Positions 1 through 7,634 of a DNA stretch of 62,143 bases are shown in pieces; positions within the stretch are counted from its first letter, which is position 1, and every line of letters starts with the position of its first letter. The stretch is from NCBI GenBank assembly GCA_023129415.1, contig JAGMCF010000110.1:1-62143 (forward strand), in the 5' to 3' direction. Below the pieces are notes generated by a model that saw only the letters and a program-made list of their open reading frames with translations, did no database searches and had not been told where the DNA came from. A program made the translations under genes and the position numbers. The DNA is from Candidatus Cloacimonadota bacterium. GTDB taxonomy: Bacteria; Cloacimonadota; Cloacimonadia; JGIOTU-2.

Positions 1-1
1 G

Positions 2-61
2 CATATCAAGGATTATTATTCAAATGCCAGACAGGAGACAAAGGAGCAGATAAGTGAATAA
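2..61 (+). CDS. 3' end of upstream gene (partial), probably plsX by position
   Basis: Open frame HIKDYYSNARQETKEQISE* overlaps the fabH start; identity inferred only from the usual plsX-fabH order. Confidence 0.3.
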   Translation, partial: HIKDYYSNARQETKEQISE

Positions 62-1046
62 ATATAAAGTGAAATTTGCTGGTGTTAGTATGTATGTACC
101 TGAAAAAGTTTTAACCAATGCTGATTTGGAAAAAATGGTTGATACATCTGACGAATGGATAAGAACCCGAACAGGTATGGTAGAAAGAAGAATAACTGAT
201 GAAAATACAGCAGCTTCAGATTTGTCATATAAAGCTATAGAGAAATTATTTAAAACAGTTGATATAAAGCAGAAGGATATTGATTTAATAATAGTAGCGA
301 CAATTTCTCCAGATCATTTGTTTCCTTCTACAGCATGCATTTTGCAAAAAAAGTTGGGACTCCATCCAGTTCCTGCGTTTGACATCTCTGCTGGTTGCAC
401 TGGTTTTATTTATGGAGTAAGTATTGCAAAACTGTTCATTGAAAATGGTTTGTCAAAAAATGCATTAGTGATTGGGGTTGAACTTCTCACAAAAATTACA
501 GATTGGACAGATAGAAGCACCTGTGTTCTTTTTGGTGATGGAGTTGGGGCAACAATTCTTACCAGAGCGGAAAAAGACGAAGTATCTGAAATTATCGATA
601 CATATATCTCTGCTGATGGGAAATATGGTGACTTACTTTATATGCCAGCAGGTGGTTCACGAATGCCGGCTACGGCTGATACTGTTAAGAAAAAACTTCA
701 TACATTAAAGATGGAAGGAAATAAAATTTTTAAGGCTGCTGTAAAAGCAATGGCTGATGCAGCTATTACAATTCTAGAAAGGAATAATCTCTCAGGGAAA
801 GATATAGACTGGCTTATTCCTCATCAGGCTAATCTGAGAATTATTGATGCCACTGCCAGGAGAATAAAACTTCCTCCACAAAAGGTAATCATAAATATTG
901 AAAAATATGGAAATACTTCATCAGCCACCATACCAATGGCATTTGCAGAAGCAATTGAAGATGGCAGAATTAGACGAGGTGACATGGTTCTTTTAGATGC
1001 TTTTGGCGCCGGCTTTACATGGGGTAGTGTTTTGTTGAGATATTAA
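54..1046 (+). CDS. fabH: 3-oxoacyl-ACP synthase III
   Basis: AGCTGF, PHQANLRI and GNTSSA catalytic motifs; GTG start with AAGGAG RBS. Confidence 0.97.
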   Translation: MNKYKVKFAGVSMYVPEKVLTNADLEKMVDTSDEWIRTRTGMVERRITDENTAASDLSYKAIEKLFKTVDIKQKDIDLIIVATISPDHLFPSTACILQKKLGLHPVPAFDISAGCTGFIYGVSIAKLFIENGLSKNALVIGVELLTKITDWTDRSTCVLFGDGVGATILTRAEKDEVSEIIDTYISADGKYGDLLYMPAGGSRMPATADTVKKKLHTLKMEGNKIFKAAVKAMADAAITILERNNLSGKDIDWLIPHQANLRIIDATARRIKLPPQKVIINIEKYGNTSSATIPMAFAEAIEDGRIRRGDMVLLDAFGAGFTWGSVLLRY

Positions 1047-1366
1047 ATGAAATATACATGTCCCGAAAACAAATCGGGACACACCCGTCTGCCCGTCTTG
1101 GCTCGGCAAGTCATCCCATTGCTCTGGAAACCTAAATGTGCCAAGCCGAGACAGAGGCGCCGAGCCTGAAAGGAGCAGGAAAATTTAACATGTTTTGGAG
1201 TCGACACCTGCCCTACACTTTTTCTGGAAGGAGTCTCTTGCCGAATTCAGTTGACAGATTCCCACTTTTTTACCGCAATAGGATAAACCTATTGCTACCC
1301 TTAGTTTTTTTTAGATGGGTAGATTCGGGTTAATCCCGAATTGCAATAACAAAAAGGTATTTACAT
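1047..1366 (+). mobile_element. ATGAAA-head element, copy 1, with nested insertions and REP-like hairpins
   Basis: Head ATGAAATATACATGTCCCGA..TCGGGACAC..AAAGGAGCAGGAAAAT matches copies at 1367, 11119, 29342(-) and 39359; tail AAAAAGGTATTTACAT abuts the next ATGAAA. Confidence 0.75.
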
Positions 1367-1518
1367 ATGAAACATTCATGTCCCGAATCCCCGATTAGAT
1401 CGGGGACGGGACACAAAGGAGCATGAAAATTATCAATAATTTAAAAAGATTGGATTTTATGAATAATATATTGTTAGTGTTAATTCGTGTAGTTCGTGGC
1501 TAAAAAAAGGATTTTCAG
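1367..1518 (+). mobile_element. ATGAAA-head element, copy 2; its tail supplies the fabD RBS
   Basis: Alignable end to end with 29151-29342(-); ends AAAAAAAGGATTTTCAG immediately before fabD ATGAAA. Confidence 0.8.
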
Positions 1519-2448
1519 ATGAAAAAGAATAACATTGCTTTCGTTTTTCCCGGTCAGGGAGCTCAATATATTGGAATGGCAAAAGAATTCTATTCTCTTT
1601 CTGAATATAAAAACTATTTTGATATTGCAAATGAAAAACTTGGCTATGACCTTAAAAACATTATGTTTGAAGGTCCAATGGATGAGTTGAAGAAAACCCA
1701 TAATACTCAACCAGCCATTCTTTTGCATAGTATACTTGCGTTTAAATATTTTCAAAAGAAGTATGAAATTGAACCAAAATTTGTTGCTGGTCATTCCTTA
1801 GGTGAATTCTCTGCTCTTGTTGTTGCTGATGTTCTTGATTGGGAAGATGCTCTTTTTTTGGTTCATAAACGCGGAAAATTTATGATTGAAGCAAGTAAAG
1901 GTGTCCCTTTTAAAATGGCAGCAATAATTGGTCTAAACAAAGATATTATTGTAGAAATTTGTAATAATATTTCTGGAATTGTTATAGCTGCAAATTTTAA
2001 TACTCCAATACAGACTGTAATTAGTGGAGAAACTAAAGCGGTTTCTGAAGCTATTGAAAAATGCAAAAATGCAGGTGCAAAAAGAGTAGTAGAATTAGTA
2101 GTTGGTGGAGCCTTCCATTCACCACTGATTGCTAAATCTGCTGAGTGGTTACAAGCTGAAATGGATAGAATAAATTTCAAAAACGCAAAAATTCCAATAA
2201 TATCAAATTTCAAAGCAAAGCCAGAAACAGAACCAGAAGAAATAGTTGAAAATTTAACTAAACAAATTATTTCTCCAGTTCGCTGGGTTGAAACCATTGA
2301 ATTTATGATAAATAATGGAGTTGATACTTTTATAGAATTTGGTCCAGGCAAGATTGTCTCCGGGATGATTAAAGCTATTAATAGAAATACAAAAAGATTT
2401 AATATTGATAAGATTGAGGATGTACCTAAAGTTTTAGATAACATTTAA
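1519..2448 (+). CDS. fabD: Malonyl CoA-ACP transacylase
   Basis: FPGQGAQ, GHSLGE and AFHS motifs. Confidence 0.97.
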   Translation: MKKNNIAFVFPGQGAQYIGMAKEFYSLSEYKNYFDIANEKLGYDLKNIMFEGPMDELKKTHNTQPAILLHSILAFKYFQKKYEIEPKFVAGHSLGEFSALVVADVLDWEDALFLVHKRGKFMIEASKGVPFKMAAIIGLNKDIIVEICNNISGIVIAANFNTPIQTVISGETKAVSEAIEKCKNAGAKRVVELVVGGAFHSPLIAKSAEWLQAEMDRINFKNAKIPIISNFKAKPETEPEEIVENLTKQIISPVRWVETIEFMINNGVDTFIEFGPGKIVSGMIKAINRNTKRFNIDKIEDVPKVLDNI

Positions 2449-2471
2449 TATTTATAAGAAAGGAAAATTAT

Positions 2472-3788
2472 ATGACAGCTGAAATAGCAATAATGAATAA
2501 GGAAGCGGTTGCCCTTGCAGCTGATAGTGCTGTTACAATGGGGCAAGAAGGGAAATGGGAACAAAAGGTTTTTACTTCAGCTAATAAGCTTTTTACTCTC
2601 TCTAAATATTATCCTGTGGGAATAATGGTTTATGGAAGTGCAAGTTTTATGGGTGTTCCTTGGCAGACTATAATAAAGATATATAGGAGTAAATTAGGCA
2701 AGCAAAAGCTTGACACGTTAAAAGAATATGCTGACAATTTCATAGCGTTCTTGAATAACGATAATCCATTATTTCCAGAACGCCAGCAAAAGGAGTATCT
2801 ATACGGGAATACTTCTAGTTATTTTGCTCTTATTAGGAAAGAAATCGAAAAAAGAGTAAAATCGACTACCGACCAAGAGGGAGAAATTACAAATACCCAA
2901 GTTAAACAAATAACAACTAATGTCATAAGAGAACACCATAATAAATTGGAAAAAGCTAAAATGCTACCATCAATTCCAGAAACTCATATTGAAGACATAA
3001 TAAAGAAATATAGTGATATTATCGATAAGGCAAGAAAAGATGTTTTCGAAAAATTACCCATATCTGCTGTTTCTTTGAATCAATTGAGAAAGATCAGTGT
3101 AAGTTTATTTTCAAAAGATATTTTCCCAATTAATATTTCTGGAGCAGTAATCGCTGGTTTTGGAGATAAGGATACATTTCCTTCACTTAGGTCATTCGAT
3201 ATTGAAGGGATAGTTAATAACAAGTTGAAATACAAATATAATAAACATTTATCAACAGAAATTAGTTTTGAAATGGGATCTACAATTATTCCTTTTGCTC
3301 AAAGAGAAATGGTACATACATTTATGGAAGGTGTTGATCCTGATCTCCAAAGATATATGGAAGATAGTTTATTCCAGATTTTCGGAAAATATCCGAAAAT
3401 CATTGTTGAAAATATCGGGAAATTTAACGATAAAGAAAAGCAGGAACTCTTAAAAAAATTGGAACAGGTGAGCAATAAAATATTTAAAGATTATCAAAAG
3501 CATATGACAATCTTTAGAAGAAATTATTATGCTGACCCTATTATGAAAGTTGTAGCAGGGCTTCCGAAAAATGAACTTGCGACAATGGCGGAAACACTTG
3601 TAAATTTAACCTTATTTAAACGAAAAGTTTCACCTGAAGCTGAAACAGCTGCAGGTCCTATTGATGTCGCTGTAATTTCTAAAGGCGATGGATTTATCTG
3701 GATCAAGAGGAAGCATTACTTTAAGTCGGAATTAAATCCACAATTCTTTGCTAACTATTTTACGGAGGTAAAAGATGAAAAAAAATAA
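2472..3788 (+). CDS. Hypothetical protein with putative Ntn-hydrolase/proteasome-beta-like N- and C-terminal segments
   Basis: 438 aa with AAGGA RBS; M-T-AEIAIMNKEAVALAADS N-terminus and GPIDVAVI near the C-terminus; fold is inferred. Confidence 0.6.
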   Translation: MTAEIAIMNKEAVALAADSAVTMGQEGKWEQKVFTSANKLFTLSKYYPVGIMVYGSASFMGVPWQTIIKIYRSKLGKQKLDTLKEYADNFIAFLNNDNPLFPERQQKEYLYGNTSSYFALIRKEIEKRVKSTTDQEGEITNTQVKQITTNVIREHHNKLEKAKMLPSIPETHIEDIIKKYSDIIDKARKDVFEKLPISAVSLNQLRKISVSLFSKDIFPINISGAVIAGFGDKDTFPSLRSFDIEGIVNNKLKYKYNKHLSTEISFEMGSTIIPFAQREMVHTFMEGVDPDLQRYMEDSLFQIFGKYPKIIVENIGKFNDKEKQELLKKLEQVSNKIFKDYQKHMTIFRRNYYADPIMKVVAGLPKNELATMAETLVNLTLFKRKVSPEAETAAGPIDVAVISKGDGFIWIKRKHYFKSELNPQFFANYFTEVKDEKK

Positions 3789-3948
3789 TAAAATGGGGAA
3801 AGTGTATAAGTCAATGGAAGAATTTGAGAAGAAATTCTTTCCAAATTCTTTCAAAGACCGATTAATAAAGTCTATGGATATCCGTACTCAGGCAGTTACT
3901 TCAGCTAAAGAGTCCTTAGAGAGAATCAGGCAGCAGCTAAAAGGATAG
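3775..3948 (+). CDS. Small hypothetical protein (57 aa; not in ORF track)
   Basis: GGAGG at 3764-3768, ATG at 3775, MKKNNKMGKVYKSMEEFEKKFFPNSF...QLKG*; overlaps the upstream stop. Confidence 0.6.
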   Translation: MKKNNKMGKVYKSMEEFEKKFFPNSFKDRLIKSMDIRTQAVTSAKESLERIRQQLKG

Positions 3949-4217
3949 CCAGTTAATCCAATTATACCGCAAAATCTGAAACAGAACCAAAAGAGATAAT
4001 TGAAAATTTAACCAAACAAATTATTTCTCCAGTTCGATGGGTTGAAACTATTGAATTTATGATAAATAATGGAGTTGATACTTTTATTGAATTCGGTCCA
4101 GGCAAGATTGTCTCTGGAATGATTAAAGCTATTGATAGAAATATAAAGAGATATAATATTGATAAAATTGAAGATGTTGAGAAATTACTAAATGAAATAG
4201 GGGACAAACAATTATGA
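3949..4217 (+). pseudogene. fabD: Second, divergent copy of the fabD 3' end
   Basis: 3957-4178 aligns to 2203-2424; its stop TGA (4215-4217) overlaps the fabG ATG. Confidence 0.9.
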
Positions 4218-4954
4218 AAAAACTATCCGGAAAAACTGCCATTATCACTGGCAGTGCTCGAGGAATTGGAAAAGGGATTGCAGAACTATTTTCTGAAAAT
4301 GAAGCAAATATAGTTATTGTCGATATAATCCAGGATGAAATTAACAAAACAGTTGCATCATTAAAAGAATCAAATCCTAATGTCATTGGTATTAAATGCG
4401 ATATTACAAAGGAGCAGGAAATAGAAAATTGTGTAAAGAATGTAATTAAGCAGTTTACAACTATTGATATCCTTGTTAACAATGCCGGCATAACAAATGA
4501 TAAATTATTGATGAGAATGAAACTCGAAGACTGGCAAAGTGTTATTCAAGTAAACTTGACAGGAACATTCCTTTTTACTCAAAAAGTATCCAAGATAATG
4601 ATTCGTCAAAGAAAAGGAAAGATACTTAATATTTCATCAGTAATAGGTTTGATAGGAAATGCTGGGCAAGCTAATTATGCTGCTTCAAAAGGTGGTATAA
4701 TTGCGTTTACAAAATCAGTTGCTAAAGAGTTAGCAGCAAGAAATATCAATGTTAATGCAATAGCTCCAGGTTTCATAAAAACAGAAATGACTGATAAATT
4801 ACCAGAAACAATCCAGGAATATTATCTTAAAAATATCCCTTTAAAAAGATTTGGAAACATAAAAGATGTAGCAAATTTAGCACTTTTCTTATGCAGTGAA
4901 GATTCAGATTATATAACTGGTCAAACTATAATAATTGATGGTGGAATGTTATAA
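4214..4954 (+). CDS. fabG: 3-oxoacyl-ACP reductase
   Basis: TGSARGIG, NNAG and YAASK SDR motifs; fab operon context. Confidence 0.96.
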   Translation: MKKLSGKTAIITGSARGIGKGIAELFSENEANIVIVDIIQDEINKTVASLKESNPNVIGIKCDITKEQEIENCVKNVIKQFTTIDILVNNAGITNDKLLMRMKLEDWQSVIQVNLTGTFLFTQKVSKIMIRQRKGKILNISSVIGLIGNAGQANYAASKGGIIAFTKSVAKELAARNINVNAIAPGFIKTEMTDKLPETIQEYYLKNIPLKRFGNIKDVANLALFLCSEDSDYITGQTIIIDGGML

Positions 4955-4958
4955 AAGT

Positions 4959-5033
4959 AGTAAATTAGTGAATCAGTAAATTTGATTTCATTTCATTAAC
5001 CAATTTACCAATTTACCAGTTTACTAATTTACT
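4959..5033. repeat. Inverted pair of 8-mer arrays (RGTDAAYT and its complement)
   Basis: agtaaatt agtgaatc agtaaatt ... aatttacc aatttacc agtttact aatttact. Confidence 0.8.
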
Positions 5034-5051
5034 ATCTAAAAAGGAGAAAAA

Positions 5052-5291
5052 ATGGAAGAAAGCATCAAAGCAAAAGTAAGAGAAATCATTGCAACCCAAT
5101 TAGGTGTAACCGAAGACGAGATTACAGATAAAGCTGCTTTTATTGAAGATCTTGGAGCAGATTCTTTGGATACTGTTGAATTGATTATGCAATTTGAAGA
5201 AGAGTTTGATATTGAAATTCCTGATGAAGAAGCAGAGAATTTAACTACAGTTGGCAAAGCGATTGAATATCTGGAAGAGAAATTAAAATAA
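5052..5291 (+). CDS. acpP: Acyl carrier protein
   Basis: [12 protein letters not shown] motif. Confidence 0.98.
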   Translation: MEESIKAKVREIIATQLGVTEDEITDKAAFIEDLGADSLDTVELIMQFEEEFDIEIPDEEAENLTTVGKAIEYLEEKLK

Positions 5292-5295
5292 TTAT

Positions 5296-5375
5296 ACCCC
5301 ACAGACCTGTCTGCTGTCTATTTTACTCTCATTATGCCCTCAAAATTAACTAACGACATAGACAGGAATGTGGGT
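5296..5375 (+). promoter_or_regulatory. Long intergenic stem-loop between acpP and fabF
   Basis: cccacagacctgtctgctgtc pairs imperfectly with gacatagacaggaatgtggg. Confidence 0.5.
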
Positions 5376-5402
5376 TTAACTCTTTTTTGAAAGGAAAGAA
5401 TA

Positions 5403-6638
5403 ATGGAACCCAGAAGAGTTGTTGTAACAGGATTGGGCACAATAAATCCTTTAGGGAATAGTATTACAGAAACATGGAAAAACCTTTGTCAGGGGAAGTC
5501 TGGTATTTCTAAAGTTGAGATTTTTGATACAGAAAATATCGCATCCAAAATTGCTGGTCAGGTAAAGAATTTCAATGTGAATGAATATATTGATAGAAAA
5601 AAAGCTCGTAGAATGGATACTTACTGTCATTATGCTTTAGCCTCATCAATCCAGGCAATGAATGATGCAAATTTAACCTCTATTGATCCAGAAAAAATGG
5701 GAGTTATTACTGGAAGTGGTATTGGGGGTATGCAAACTTTTGAACAACAAACAGAAGTGTTTATAAAAAAAGGTCCTCGTAGAATCAGCCCATTTTTTAT
5801 TCCTATGATGATCTCAAATATCGCAGCAGGAATAATTGCAATTCACTTTAATGCAAGAGGAATAAATTTTAATATCACTTCTGCCTGTGCTTCAAGTGCT
5901 AATGCTATTGGTGAAGCATATAGAGCTATAAAATTTGGAACAGTAGATGTTGTGATTTCCAGTGGTTGCGAAGCATCAATAACTCCATTAACTCTTGCTG
6001 GATTTTCAATTATGAGGGCTCTATCAGTTAGAAATGATTCCCCTGAAACTGCAAGCAGACCTTTTGATTTAGAAAGAGATGGTTTTGTGCTTTCTGAAGG
6101 TGCTGCTACAATTATTGTAGAAGAATATGAGCATGCAAAAAAAAGAGGAGCTAAGATTTATGCAGAAATGGCGGGATATGGTGCTACTTGTGATGCATTT
6201 CATGTTACAATGCCTGCTCCGGGTGGTGCAGGGGGTGCTCTAGCGATAAAAAATGCTCTTCAAGATGCAAGGATTCAACCAGAAGATGTTCAATATATCA
6301 ATGCTCATGGAACATCAACTCCACTTAATGATAAATGCGAAACTGCTGCAATAAAAGCAGTTTTTGGAGATCATGCTTACAAATTGAAAATTAACTCTTC
6401 AAAATCTATGATTGGTCATACACTTGGTGGGGCTGGAGCATTAGAGGCAGCGATTCTGATTAAATCAATTCAAGAGCAAAAGATTCATCCAACAATAAAT
6501 CTTACAACACCTGATCCTGAATGCGATTTGGATTATAATCCTAAAGAAACTATCCCTTTGAAAATTGAATATGGCATGAGTAACTCTTTTGGTTTCGGTG
6601 GACATAATGCTGTTCTTATTTTCAAAAGATATGTTTAA
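5403..6638 (+). CDS. fabF: 3-oxoacyl-ACP synthase II
   Basis: SACAS, NAHGTST, KSMIGH and NSFGFGG motifs. Confidence 0.97.
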   Translation: MEPRRVVVTGLGTINPLGNSITETWKNLCQGKSGISKVEIFDTENIASKIAGQVKNFNVNEYIDRKKARRMDTYCHYALASSIQAMNDANLTSIDPEKMGVITGSGIGGMQTFEQQTEVFIKKGPRRISPFFIPMMISNIAAGIIAIHFNARGINFNITSACASSANAIGEAYRAIKFGTVDVVISSGCEASITPLTLAGFSIMRALSVRNDSPETASRPFDLERDGFVLSEGAATIIVEEYEHAKKRGAKIYAEMAGYGATCDAFHVTMPAPGGAGGALAIKNALQDARIQPEDVQYINAHGTSTPLNDKCETAAIKAVFGDHAYKLKINSSKSMIGHTLGGAGALEAAILIKSIQEQKIHPTINLTTPDPECDLDYNPKETIPLKIEYGMSNSFGFGGHNAVLIFKRYV

Positions 6639-6852
6639 ATCTATAAACAAGATAATAAGATACAATATAAAAAGTAAATAAGGATATAGGGAAATAAGGA
6701 AATATGGACTGTATGCTGCTGCACTTATTTTTCTATCTTTTTATCAACTTATAATACTAAACCCATATCCCTTTTTGTTTATACTAAAATACGAAGAATC
6801 TAAAATTTTTTTTAAATAACATTAGTGATTTTATGGTTAATCCATTCCAAAT

Positions 6853-7632
6853 ATGAATCAAAATGAAAATTCTTTTCCTGAAAAAATAATTGCTCAAAAG
6901 TATAAAAGAATAAATAAGTGGAAAAAATCTCTTAACAATTTAGAACATAAAATAAACTATTCATTCAAAAATAGAAAATTTTTAGAAGACGCTTTAACAC
7001 ACAGGTCTTTCTTAAAAGAAGCTATAACAAATAAATTCCCCTCTGGCGATAAATCTGAAACAATGGAATTTTTAGGTGATTCCGTTTTAGAACTAATTGT
7101 TACTGAATTTCTATATAACAAATATCCAAATGAAAATGAGGGCAACTTAACGAAAATGCGTTCTAAGATTATTAGTAAAAATTTTTTATATAATAAATCC
7201 AAGGAAATTGAACTTAGCAAATATATTCTTATTGGTAATGATGGGTTAAAGAGTAAGTTAAGAAAAAATGTTTCAATTAATTCAGATGCAATGGAATCAC
7301 TCTTTGCAGCGATATTTTTGGATAGTACTTATTTGGAAACTAAATATGTAATTGAGAATTTGATATTAAATAATTTGGATGAGGAACTAAATCTTGAAGA
7401 ATTTCAAAATTTCAAAAGTTTCTTACAAGAGTGGGCACAAGCAAAATTTGGACATAATCCCAAGTATTCAATCATAGAAGAATCCGGTCCAGAGCACAAA
7501 AAAAGGTTTTATGTTAAAGTAAAAGTAGTTGATAAATACAAATCCAGAGGAAATGGCAACTCAAAAAAAATTGCAGAACAAAATGCTGCCAGGAATTTAA
7601 TCAAAAAATTGAAAATTACTGAAAAAATTTAG
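6853..7632 (+). CDS. rnc: Ribonuclease III
   Basis: ALTHRS, EFLGDS, DAMES and C-terminal dsRBD (GPEHKKRF). Confidence 0.93.
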   Translation: MNQNENSFPEKIIAQKYKRINKWKKSLNNLEHKINYSFKNRKFLEDALTHRSFLKEAITNKFPSGDKSETMEFLGDSVLELIVTEFLYNKYPNENEGNLTKMRSKIISKNFLYNKSKEIELSKYILIGNDGLKSKLRKNVSINSDAMESLFAAIFLDSTYLETKYVIENLILNNLDEELNLEEFQNFKSFLQEWAQAKFGHNPKYSIIEESGPEHKKRFYVKVKVVDKYKSRGNGNSKKIAEQNAARNLIKKLKITEKI

Positions 7633-7634
7633 CA

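Noticed and set aside
1136-1333. 65-aa ORF between fabH and fabD
   Set aside because: Lies wholly within repeat element copy 1; no RBS or family motif.
1863-2444. Similar antisense ORFs at 1863-2444 and 3962-4207
   Set aside because: Shadows of fabD and its duplicated tail.
7057-7083. RNase III signature reads ETMEFLGDS rather than ERLEFLGDS
   Set aside because: The catalytic acidic residues are retained; treated as ordinary divergence.
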